Shown here piece after piece: positions 1-10,953 of a stretch of DNA of 64,000 bases. Source of the DNA: Podarcis gaigeae (taxonomy: Eukaryota); the NCBI GenBank assembly GCA_964106915.2, contig OZ066925.1. The stretch is one strand, 5' to 3'. A program made the position numbers and the translations under genes. A model generated the notes under the pieces. The model made no database searches. It had not been told where the DNA came from and saw nothing but the letters and a program-made list of their open reading frames with translations. Within the stretch, counting starts at the first letter, position 1, and each line of letters starts with the position of its first letter.

Positions 1-555
1 CCTAATGTTCCATTAATTTTGGTTAGATGCCAATTAAGAGAAAAACAGGCCTTCCCTGCTCAGACCTACAACGAATCTTTTAAGTAATTGTATTAAGACC
101 AACGTGTTTTGAATTATTATTTTTTCTAGTTAGGTTCTTTTGGCCTTGCTGCCATCATTTTCAGGTTGGGCTGAAAAGCATTCACAAGACATTGTAACTT
201 CGGCCAAAAAAGAAGGAAGAGGGGGAAAAAGTGGTGTGTTTTGAGGTTAATGCTAAACTTCTGCAAGACATTATTTTAAGGTTTCAAAGAAAGATAGTGA
301 GTTTCAGCATGTACCTGTCAGTGCTAAATGATTGTTCATTTCCTGTGAATTGGCAATAAAGTAATAAAATACATCTGGGAAAGCCAGGGCATGCTGCTTA
401 TTTATTTTTTTTAACTATCCATGAGCTGTATCCTTGACCAGCTGTGACACATTACCATGTGAACTCTTGGAATAACTTTTAAGAAAAATTCAATCACAGA
501 AGATCTCAGCAACTGATCTGGAGGTCTGATGGAGGCAAGCAACTTGTCATAGCCA

Positions 556-730
556 GTGTGTTGTGCTGGAAAGAATAGCGGACTTGGAGTCCTGGGTTCA
601 AATTCCCCTCACCTTGTCAATGTCTCTCAGCTTAGCTTGCCTCAAAAGTCCATTGTGGGAATAAAATGGACCAAATCTGTGCAGACGATCATGGTCTCCT
701 TAGATGGAATGGTGGTGTATAAATGTGTAA
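556..730 (+). mobile_element. Degenerate MIR/CORE-like tRNA SINE
   Basis: Remnant B box (ctgggttcaaattcc) followed by core-like ctcagc...ttgtgggaataaaatgg; heavily diverged. Confidence 0.45.
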
Positions 731-1740
731 GATATCTGTGAAGACAAATAGGAACAGTGAGAATTTTAACACTATAGATAAGCATTTAACTAGTCTGAAC
801 AATTAATGCATAGAACAATCCAATTGTTTAATGCTTTTACTATATCTGCAATTAAACTTTACAACACCTTTCATGAAGGAAACACAATTATAAAAAGAAG
901 GAGGTTACAGCTATTACCTGCTTTAACAATATCAAACAATAAATATTTCACCTGGACTGAAACTTTTCTGCCACTTGCTTCAGCTGGCATCATGAGGATC
1001 AATGACCATTATCATATACCTGACACTACAAATAAGCCTTCATACATCAAAACACTGAAAAGCCAGCAGTTGACTGAGGAACCAAAAGGCTTCTTTAACA
1101 ATGCTCAATAAAAAGGATTGCCTGTTGTTGCCTTTTAAATAATGTGGCAGTTTCACCATTAGGACAATTTCCCAAACTTTTCCCATTTATTGATATACAT
1201 CACAGAAAGCCACGACTGATCATCCACCTTAAACATACTGATCTTCCTGCTAGCACAAGGGATAATGAAACCATGACCCCTGGCTTAGTGTTACGTTCAA
1301 ACTGGGAATCATGGTTTCTTTCGTGCCAGTCAAACGATGAAACCTTGTAGCCAAGGTTTGTTTTTGTCTTACAGATATTGGGTTTGTTTAAGCTTAAGGA
1401 TTATGGGTGTTTTTTCCCCCATGGAGGACTGGGGAACTAAGTCAGACCCTGACCATTCCCAGCCACACCCCAGCAACACTCTTCAGACAAGGCTATGGGA
1501 ATCTTTGAACCACTGCCCAGAGGGAAACATATCTGGCCCCTGGGAAATCATTCTTTGACACCCCCAAACACAAAGGCCCATGGCAACCAGCCCCATCCCA
1601 CACCATGGTTCACCATGATGTGGAAACATGGCTAATACCACAAATATAGAGGTGACTGATTGCTTAGAAGGGGAGCTTCCAGTACAGTCACTGCACTCCC
1701 TGACTGCCGCTCCATTTCATCGAAATCTGTTGCTTTATAC

Positions 1741-1885
1741 CTGATGTGCGATCAGACAGCAAAACAGATTTCCCCTGCCTGGTCTTTCACCAAAGTGGCA
1801 GGCAGACCTCCAGGTGTGTGAGGAGAGTGATAACTCCTGCAACTGTTGCTGTTTTACAATTGTTCACAGTTGAAAAGTTGGTGGG
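1741..1885 (-). other. Candidate non-coding exon of a minus-strand transcript
   Basis: Strong acceptor ccttttcccttcctgtctccgcag and donor CAG|gtataa; stops in all three frames. Confidence 0.35.
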
Positions 1886-2959
1886 CTGCGGAGACAGGAA
1901 GGGAAAAGGTCACAAGAGGACAGTGCCCCTTGCCAGCATCAGGTTTCAGACGAAGGATTCATAAGGGGGGAAATCAAGAACATTTGGACTTAATTATAGC
2001 TCTAATCTGGCAAATCAGGAACAGTTGTTTGCCAGAGATATTGAACGATGTAGGGACGTTTCTCCGGCTCATTGAAATATCACTTTGTAGAGTTTTCTGC
2101 TACTTAGAAGAAGATAGGAAGACATTGATACCACTCTGTTATTATGAGGCTCTCTTGAGTACGCAGCACAGCTTCTCTCAAGCAATAGCTGTCGTGTAAA
2201 AATGGGGAGAGGTGCCCTGTGACAAGGTGTGGCTTGATACAAATCCCACACATAGGCAGATCTGAGTTTCATGGAATATCTTTCCAATCCATGTGTGTGT
2301 TAAGGCATATTTTGTTTGAATGTAGAGTACCTGAGCTACCCATGTTTCCTGATGAGTTGAACTCAGCATTTTCATAATCTTGTGGAAGCAGGGCATTGTA
2401 TATATCTAATTAACTTGCATTTTGAATGCTCCTTGAGTTGTTCAAACGAATGAGGTTCTTCTGCTAGAAAACTCATGTCCAATTTAGAATCTTCTTTTGG
2501 CCAGGGTGGACAAAAGGGGTTGTAGTAAACCTCAGCAGTGTTGCCAAATGAGAACATGTGCTTTCTGATGCTCTTTGCCAATAGATCAAAAGATCCAGCA
2601 GATCTAAGCCATGCACAAGATGAAAGAAAAGGAGGTCAGCGGCTGGAGGATGCTCAGTTCACCAAACCAGGAGTGGGGGAGAGGAAGGGGTGTGCAGAGG
2701 CATTTTGGGAAAGTGAATAGGAAAAGTGGGGGAGGGGACCCACTGGGCAGGAGAAGGGCACAGTGAACAAAGAAGTACAATATAAGGAAAGACAATGTAA
2801 ATTAGAATTTTACAATTGTCAACTAGTTAAAAATAAACCCAAAATGTACCTCAAAGAACTCTGTCTGAAACAGCATGCACAAAGCCACATTCATTTACAG
2901 ACAAAGCTGTCTTATCTAGAGGAAGTATAAAATATTGCTGGGTGAATCTAGTGGCACCC

Positions 2960-3500
2960 TTTATTGTCTATATCAGGTATGGCAACAGGATATCGGAAAG
3001 GGAAATCATTCCTAAGCAAGATTTAAAGAAAATTCTTTTTCAGTTGAATCATAGGTGGTGTCTGATTCCTCATACTCTGAGTGAGATAACTCATATGACC
3101 AGTCCAAATTGCTGGAGGGTGTGTGGAGGGTTAGGTACATTTTACCATAAGTGGGGGACTTGCCCAGTGAGTGATGAGTTTTGGAAGAACATTTTTCCTG
3201 TGCTCCAATTGATTATGAGGCATTTGTTGGCACCATGGAGACAAAAATATATTTTATAAGTGTGTTGGTTTCTTTCTTCTTCTTTTTTTGGTCTTTATTA
3301 TGGCCCATATGGTGGTAGCCTGAAATTGGAAATTAATAACAGCTAGTTTGATGGAAGAATGGTATTCTCAGATTTGGCTGGTGGCTCAATTTGTCAATTG
3401 AGAGAAATTGAAGAGAAAAATACGTTTTGTGTGAAACTGTTTTATTAAATATGTTTCAGTCAAAGAACATGATTGGCTTCTTCCATCAACTTTATGGAGT
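2960..3500 (+). mobile_element. Old L1-clade LINE 3' fragment (ORF2 C-terminal Cys/His region)
   Basis: Translation HRWCLIP...NCWRVCGGLGTFYHKWGTCP...FWK parallels the YRWYMTP...CWKC...GTFFHLWWTCP...FW motif of the L1 at 41-42 kb; reading frame disrupted downstream. Confidence 0.75.
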
Positions 3501-3820
3501 GATAATATAGGCTGAGTTAATTTTTCTTCTCTAGTTGATTACTTCCATGATGGTTCCCTGATTGCTTCACTTAGTGCTTGTTTCTGTGTTATAGATTGTA
3601 TATTTTAGGAGTTTTTTGTTGTCTACTTGTTTTGCTTTTATGTTTGCAGTAACCAAATATGTGGGCGTATCTGCTCTAAGTTTTTATTGTTTCTTTACTT
3701 GTTTTTCTTTTATATGGAAAGTCATAACAAACTGTTTTTAAAAACCAAAAACAGGAAAGGAAAAGACAGGAATGAAAAAAGAGAAAGTAAATGCATACAA
3801 CAACTCTGTTTAAAAAGTTA

Positions 3821-3914
3821 GCAGAGAAATTGATTGCTGTGAGGATCGCAAAGAGGAGAAACACCATGGGACACCTGTTGCAGCAAAACTGGACACTTTC
3901 ATCTGCTCCACCTA

Positions 3915-3967
<53 letters not shown>

Positions 3968-4171
3968 CCATGCCCATCTGGATGGGTTTCCCCAGCCACT
4001 CTGGGCAGCTTCCAGCAAAAACATAAGAAGATGTCAAACATTAAACAATAAAACATGTATCTCCTGTGGCTCTTCAGCCACAGCAGCTTCTGTAATTCTC
4101 CAATGGTTTGAATTTACCCCTGAAGGCAAACTCTTCCGTTGTCTCCCAAGACAGACGGATGCCCACAACAC
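3821..4171 (+). mobile_element. RTE-clade LINE 3' end, interrupted by an L2 tail
   Basis: ctggacactttcatctgc...gttgtctcccaagacagacggatgcccacaac is homologous to the RTE copy at 50100-50462. Confidence 0.7.
3917..4055 (-). mobile_element. L2 LINE 3' UTR with long (AAT)n tail
   Basis: Reverse complement of gaagctgcccagagtggctggggaaacccatccagatgggc plus an ATT microsatellite; same terminus as the L2 at 54820-55618. Confidence 0.85.
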
Positions 4172-4533
4172 CTTAAGTACGTTCACACAAAAGGTTAATT
4201 TCTACTTAACTTTCTTCTGTTATCAGTAGCAGGGTAGACTATTTTCCTAACCAGCTTCAAATACTGCATGGTTTTATTCTGTGCCTACTGTGTAAAATGG
4301 GCAACATTTCCTTTTCCCAGATTCAGGGCAAATGTCAGGAGATATGTGCATCAAGGATTCGTACTCCTGAGGATGATTAGCAGAAAACTAATCAAAATTA
4401 GTTTTCTATGGTTTTAGCCGCATTTTGGGCCATGGGTGTATTTACAAGCTGTGGAAACCAATGTCTTAATTTCAGCAAAGGGAGGGGCAGAGGAAGGGGA
4501 CCTTGTGGGTGCCAGGGAAGGCCTCTGTGGACA

Positions 4534-4681
4534 TATAGAATCACAGAATTGTACAGTCGGAAGGGCCCACAAGGGTCATCTGGTCCACCCCCTGCAGTGC
4601 AGGAATCGTTTGCCCAAAGTGGGGCTTGAACCCACAAATCTGAGAATAAGAGTCTCATGATGTACCAACTGAGCTATCCCA
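4534..4681 (-). mobile_element. tRNA-Lys(CTT)-derived short SINE with CR1 3' tail
   Basis: Minus strand reads gatagctcagttggtacatcatgagactcttattctcagatttgtgggttcaagccccactttgggc (tRNA-Lys-like), then gattcctgcactgcagggg...attctgtgattctat (CR1 tail). Confidence 0.85.
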
Positions 4682-5199
4682 GGTGCAGGTATGTTACATT
4701 CACATATTATACTTCACAGTCTTAAAAAAATGGGTGTGAATCTGCCCCTCATAGAGTTTGTCAAGCATTACTATGGTACCAAAAAGAAACAGCTCAATGA
4801 CTGGACTTGTTGCTTTCTAAAATACTGTTATCAAGGGAAGCCATTACATTTATTTACTACTTACTCCTCAAAATCCCTTAATACTGTAGCTAACTCAGAG
4901 GCAGTACAAAGGCTATGTTTCTCTTTTTAGTGTGTGTGCTTGTGTGTTTTATAAGGAGTCCATATAGAAACTTCCCTTGATCAAAGATATTTTTTAAACA
5001 TGTGGGAACAATTCTTGCAACTGTTTTTTGTTTTGTTTTGGTGGATTTCTTTTTCTTTGCCACTGTTTTGATCCTTTGTATTTGTGGTAGCTCAATGCTT
5101 CTTTAAAAAAAAGAATGCTATAGCTAAATAGAAATGCAACAAAACACTGTCAGCCAGTCATCTGTCTCTTTCCCAAGCCACTCTTAGAATGCTGGTGGA

Positions 5200-5330
5200 C
5201 ATCAAAGAAACCTCTGATCCTCCAGAACTTGTTGGGCTCCAACTTGCGTCAGCCACCCAGCATGGCCAACGGTCATTTGCGATGGGAGCTGAGAATTCAG
5301 CAAAATCTGGATGGCTGCAGGTTCTCCCTT
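5200..5330. mobile_element. Degenerate hAT-type palindromic MITE (family of 14895 and 45227)
   Basis: cctccagaacttgttgg...gatgggagctg...aaaatctgga palindromic layout. Confidence 0.55.
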
Positions 5331-6303
5331 GCATCTTGTAATGTAGTAGTTCAGTTTGATCCCAGATGTGTTTCATGGGAAGTAATTCCTATTGAGAGAT
5401 GGGTGGCGTCCGTAGTCCCCAAATAAGGGTGTGCTCACATTTGCATCTTAAAATGCGGCAAGGTCATCCCCTTGCATTTCAGTTTGCATTTGTTCACTTC
5501 AGAAAATGGGGAGGGGTGACCCTGATCCTGCAACACACCCCTCCCAGAACTCCCATTCATGAAGCTGTCATCTGTACATGGTGCAATGGCTGTCTCAAAT
5601 GCTTACATTACGGCTTACTCCACATCCAGTTTTCTAGTTGGATTGAAGCTGGTTGGGGAGGCAGGGAACCCTCTTCAAATAGCAGCGTTGGTCAAGAAAC
5701 TGCAGGATGGATGTGGCTAATTGGAGCACAGTGGTGAAGAGTATGTGGCAATGCCAACATACCCTAAGAATGCACAGGTCTGCAGTTCTGATCTTTTTTA
5801 ATATTAAAAAATAGCAAATAGCAAAACTGAATAAGTATTCAGATTTAGACAGCATATGCTGAAGATTACTATTTTTTATCCTAGAAATAGTCCTATGATA
5901 TGCATTTTATAATTTTCTGCTGTTAGCCACGCTGAGAACAATGCTTTTGAAGAGCTTTGTATAAATATATTAAATGAATACATCTGAATAAACTTTTTAC
6001 ATTGCTGGGCAATTGAAGTTAGTCATTCCAGTCCTATTTCCTTCAGGATTTCAGCCCTGTACAACACAGTAAACCTGACTGGCATGTAATTTTATATATG
6101 CACTTCCTGAAAGCATGGGTATCTCGTGGCTTGAGGAGAGGAGATGTATTGGATCAGAGCAGTGAAAACATTTGTATAGACATGCCCAAAAAGTTTCAGA
6201 AAAGAGTGTATTGTTTCTTACATTGAATCTGCTCTTTGGGGATCCACAATGCTTTGCAGTTTGTGGAAGAGACAGAGCAGAGAGAACAAGGGGCATCCAC
6301 CCA

Positions 6304-6307
<4 letters not shown>

Positions 6308-6359
<52 letters not shown>

Positions 6360-6390
6360 TCCCTCTCTCCCTCCCTCCCCTCCCCCACCC
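6308..6390. repeat. (CT)n microsatellite and pyrimidine tract
   Basis: Seen directly. Confidence 0.95.
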
Positions 6391-8014
6391 ACGGCTCAAT
6401 GCAATGATAGAGACCCTGGCCTGCTTTGCCAAACTCCAGAGTTAGCAGCCGTCTGCACAGATGGCTGAGGTCACTAATGAGATAATCGTTCGAACACAGT
6501 GCATCTTTAACCACATACTTGAGTTAGGTTTCATAAAGCTTGCTTTGGTCAAGGCAGAAAATACTGAGGGCAAATGAACTACAGCAATACTGTATTCCTT
6601 GCTAGAAAGTATCCAGCAAGAGCTGATATGTTTGTTTATTTCACAGGCTGAGATAACACCCAGTAAACAAAGTACCTAGGTGGTGAACATAACACATCCA
6701 TAAAACAGTATGAACAACTTGGAATAAATTATGTTCATAAACAACATCATTTATTAATTTATTTGTTTAAGACGTTTTAAAATCAACGCTTCAGCTGAAA
6801 AGGAGTAGCTTACAGATCCAAAAAGAAAAAGAAAAAGCAAGGTTGTTCTTGCCATCAGGTTCCAATCTAAAAGACATGACATAAAAAGAAAAAGTGATGA
6901 GAAGGGGGAGTCAAATTCAGGCTGTAGTTCTTAAAGTTACAGTTCTCAAAATAACCAGCTGGGATGGCAGCAGTTCAGATCGCCTTATGCAATGGCTGCC
7001 ACCGGGTGACGGATGTGAGGGAGCCAAAGGCAGCTGGACTAATGGAGTGGCCTTGCTTCCCTTCTCTCTCTGTGTTCCAGTCTGATGGAATGGCTGCCCC
7101 AGTGTTCCCAGAACGTGCTTTCTTGTTGTCTGTGTCATGCTCTGGGAACAGATTTTCAAAGGGCAACAGTTGCCCTTTTCTCCAAAAAGCTTTACTTTTG
7201 AGGACTAGTCTATCCAACACACAACTCAGGTCCTGGGAATAGGAAATGCAGGAGGAGGAGATGGGCAGATGCTTTCAATTTCTTTCATTCACAATAATGA
7301 TCTCCGACAAATTCTCAAAATATTCGTATGTGACCTCATGATTCAACTGCAGCCCAGACAGCTTGAGAGATTGTAAGAAGGGCTCTGTTTTTCAGAAGAA
7401 TGCTGACTACTTATCCCCACCACCACTACCAATAAAGAGCCATTGAAAAGTCATAAGATGCAAGAACAGAACAGAAACACACAAAACAGCTAATCCCATT
7501 GGAATAATGCACTTATTATATAGTGTTGCCTTTCTGCTTTTTTGGAAAGCTCTTCAGACTGACTAGGCTGCTTCTCACTTCTGCATCTAAAACATTTGCA
7601 GCGAACAGTTTGCCATCTGTTAACTAGGAATAACCATGACCCACAAAATATTCCAGGCCAGTTTTGCTTGTGAGTGTGTCATTTATTGTTCAGGTTGGTT
7701 CTGTCCTAGCGTATCTGCAGATGCATCTGACTACAGTGCAATACTAAACTGTGTTGTGAATACATAGGGCATTTTCACAGTAATGTTAAAATGTTTTGGT
7801 TCTTTTTGCATTTTCTCAGACTGTAGATAACTAAAACATCAAACCTACACACAATTTTTAAATTGCCCACTTTTGCTTTCTGCTCTATGTTCACAACATT
7901 GTCATGTGGGCACACAAACAGCATGATCAAAGGCAGCATGGGTACAGGCCTAAGTGTGCGCTCGGTGGCTGGCACTGGTGAAACAATTTCCCTTCTATTC
8001 CAGATTTGTTCCAC

Positions 8015-8191
8015 TTGTTGATCTAGCTCAGTATTGTATATTCTGATGGACAGAGCCTCTTCAGGGTCTCAGGCAGAGGAACATCACCTGCTCCAGAAAG
8101 GATCACTTGCATCCTTTCACCAGGGATGCTCGGGGTTGACTCTGGGATATACATTCTGCACAGAGTGTGTCCTCTACAACTGAGCTATGGT
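8015..8191 (-). mobile_element. Squam3-like tRNA SINE (degenerate)
   Basis: ctctacaactgagctatgg (tRNA A box, reverse) and tctagctcagtattgt tail segment. Confidence 0.65.
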
Positions 8192-8295
8192 CAAGGTGAC
8201 TAACTAGCATCCCTTGTAAACTATATTCGAAGTTTAAATTTGTGCTTGGCTAAGATGGCTTTCCGTGCCATGGCACAAAACAGAACATGCAAAAA

Positions 8296-8427
8296 CTTCA
8301 GGGAAGTTTTTAATGTGTGACATTTTAATGTATTTTTAATCTTTGTTGGAAGCCGCCCAGAGTGGCTGGGGAGACCCAGCCAGATGGGCGGGGTACAAAT
8401 AATAAATTATATTATTATTATTATTAT
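8296..8427 (+). mobile_element. L2 LINE 3' terminus with (ATT)n tail
   Basis: ggaagccgcccagagtggctggggagacccagccagatgggcggggtacaaataataaattatt. Confidence 0.85.
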
Positions 8428-8809
8428 CTGATCATGAGCAAAATTCCCTTCTCCATCTATATCTAGATCTATGAAGAGGCTCATGGAGTCTAGCATCCTG
8501 TAGTATCTCTTCCTTGCTGTAGCTCCCCGGTACACAGTGATGCACACCCTTGTTCCCTGCAGCCATCCAGACTATGGGATGCGGGCTAGATTAAAATAGT
8601 AAGTACCCACTGGCGCATTCATAGCTGCAGAGTCGGGTGAAAAACCAGGGTAAAATTTTTATAATACTTAATTCCCACTTAATTCTTTGGGACTTGCACA
8701 GGACTGCAGCCTCACAACAGGTGTGGCTTCGTGTGTGAGGAATTAAGAGGAAAAAAGAAGAGACACCCAGTCAACAGGAGTGCGGCTTTATTTGTATGTT
8801 TATTTATTA

Positions 8810-9510
8810 CAATGACCCAGCAGGCGAGCTGAAGGAATCCCTTTTCCCGCCGAACGCTGCCTTCCACCTTCCTCCCGCTGCCGCCTTGCCCAGAGAGCCA
8901 AAGGCGAGGCGGGAGGGAGGGAAAAGGAGCGTCTTCCGCGAAGTCCTGAGAGAAACGACGCTCTCACGAGCCTGCACGCCAAAAGCCTCAGAACCGCCTG
9001 ACCTCCGTGACGTCGCCCGGCGCGTGACGCAGCCGCGCAGAGGAAGAGGAGGGGTGAGAAGGGAGGGCTCATAAGTAATCCCCCCGCGTTCTTCGCCTTT
9101 CAAAGCCGCATCTACCACAATAAGCAGCATTCGGCCGGGCGCGCACGCGCGGGAGGCTGACTCAGGACTCTTAACGGTTTTCTCCTCTCCCCCCTCCACC
9201 CCAGTTCCTTCAGCCGGACCTCAAAAGCGCGCATTGGTATCTTCTGACGCAGGACCGTGTGCGCCGCCCCGGCTCCTTCCCCCGTGTGGAGTTTCGTTGC
9301 CCTCTAGGGGAGGAGGGAGAGGATGTGGGAGAAAGAGCGCACGGGGTTTCTTGGGCGGGCACTCTCGCGCTCCTCCCCTTTTGGGAAGCTCTTTTCGGCC
9401 GCCTCAGAAATTCGCCGTGACGTGGGAAACCTTGGCCTTCCAGATGTTTGGTGGGACTGCAACTCCCGGCAGCTGCGGCCAGCATAGGAGCAATGGGGGT
9501 TGTCGTACGA
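8810..9510. promoter_or_regulatory. CpG island / probable housekeeping-type promoter
   Basis: Abrupt high GC and CpG density in an otherwise CpG-depleted window; CRE-like GTGACGTC (~9007) and GTGACGC (~9024), NRF1-like GCGCACGCGC (~9140), inverted CCAAT (~9233), TGACGTGG (~9418), ZNF143-like ACTGCAACTCCCGGC (~9456). Confidence 0.85.
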
Positions 9511-9916
9511 CAAAATCCAGAGGGGTCAGAGGCAGTGCCCAGTGCCAGGCTATTTTGAGTCCTAGGAAAGGCAGACTACTTGCAAACTCTACCCCCCCCC
9601 CCGCAAAACAGTTGCTAACTTCAATTTTCAAAAGCAGATGTAGAAAAAACCCCAACGAAAAACACAGCACTGCTAAATCTATTTTAAGTTGCAAGAAAAA
9701 GTAATGCAGCAATCTTGGGCTATCTTTCCCAAATGCAAAAGGAAACGTTTCAGCACACAAATCTGACCTTGTGAATTGTGATGTTGAGTTTTTAAGTCTC
9801 TTAAATGTTTTCCTTTTCAGGCATGCCAAAATCTCATTTTGCATGTCTTTTCCTTGACAATTTTTTTTTGTCACCAATTCCTTCAGGTCAAGTCTCTTTT
9901 GAAACATTGTGGATCA

Positions 9917-10188
9917 AGAAACAAGCAAACAAACAAAAATTGCTTCCAGTAGCACCTTAGAGACCAACTAAGTTTGTTATTGGTATGAGCTTTTGTGTGC
10001 ATACACACTTCTTCAGATACTGGTATCTGAAGAAGTGTGCATTGATACAGGTATCCGAATAAGTGTGCATGCACACGAAAGCTCATACCAATAACAAACT
10101 TACTTAGTCTCTAAAGTGCTACTGGAATGAATTTTTTTATTTTGTTTCGACTATGGCAGACCAACACGGCTACCTACCTGTAACTAGA
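9917..10188. mobile_element. Penelope-like element remnant (inverted pseudo-LTR arms)
   Basis: Arm ccagtagcaccttagagaccaactaagtttgtt...cttcagatac followed by its reverse complement; end ccaacacggctacctacctg; flanking attgtggatca (9906-9916) / attgtggagca (10189-10199) as likely TSD. Confidence 0.8.
10022..10089 (+). ncRNA. Minimal type I hammerhead ribozyme motif (PLE-associated)
   Basis: GGUAU-CUGAAGA-A-GUGUGCAU...AUGCACAC-GAAA-GC-UC-AUACC: stem I GGUAU/AUACC, core CUGAnGA and GAAA, palindromic AGCU in place of stem III; activity untested. Confidence 0.65.
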
Positions 10189-10368
10189 ATTGTGGAGCAT
10201 ATGTGGGTTTTTATAAGTTTGAACTTTGAGAAATGGCGTTCACCTCTTGTGGCTGACACTGGCATAAACTTCAGAAGCCTTTCGGCTATTGCTGTTAAGT
10301 CCACAGCACAGATCTTCAGCATCAATTCCTTTGTTTCCATTGTGCATCAACGATTTTTCCAAATTCTT

Positions 10369-10520
10369 CATAGAATTGTAGAGTTCGAAGGGGTCCCAAG
10401 GATCAGTTAGTCCAGCCCCCTACAATGCAGGAATCTCAGTTAAAGCATCCATGACAGACAGCCATTCAACCTCTGCTTAAAAGCCTCCACCATCTTCCAA
10501 GGGATACTGTTCCACTTGTA
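10369..10520 (-). mobile_element. CR1 LINE 3' end
   Basis: catagaattgtagagttcgaaggggtccc...tccagccccctacaatgcaggaatctc is the reverse of the CR1 terminal hairpin and ATTCTATG tail. Confidence 0.8.
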
Positions 10521-10743
10521 GGCTTAGGTACATCATCACACCTGCAGCCCACAAGGTAATTTTTGGTCAATTGCAATTGGCTTGCAGCTGAATTTAAATC
10601 AGCTTCCTTCGTTTGTAGCAGGTTGCTTCTCAGATTGACTTCAAAAAGGATGTACCATGTAACAAGGGATACCACAAACTGTGACCCTTCAAAGGTCAGT
10701 ACTGCGTCCCTCTAAGGTCTGAGCCCCTTTTGACTGCCTAGTT

Positions 10744-10953
10744 CATGGGTAGGCAAACTACAGGTTATTTGTGGGGCCTGCCTGGTGTTTTTACATGAAT
10801 AGAATGTGTGCTTTTATTTAAAATGCATCTCTGGGTTATTTGTGGGGCATAGGAATTCGTTCATTTCCCCCCTCAAAATATAGTCCAGCCCCCCCCAATA
10901 AGATCTGAGGGGCAGTGGACTGGCCCCCTGCTGAAAAACTTTGCTGACCCATG
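10744..10953. mobile_element. hAT non-autonomous element
   Basis: Ends catgggtaggcaaact / actttgctgacccatg; 8-bp TSD gcctagtt / gcctattt. Confidence 0.8.

Noticed and set aside
4606-4681. Functional tRNA-Lys gene
   Set aside because: Acceptor, D and T arms are mutated and it is fused to a CR1 tail, so it is a SINE head
3676-6514. Poly-Ile and ER/SL repeat ORFs
   Set aside because: Translations of (ATT)n and (CT)n microsatellites
8796-9907. Several overlapping 90-167 aa ORFs over the CpG island
   Set aside because: GC-rich sequence lacks stops by chance; no recognisable protein and ORFs occur on both strands
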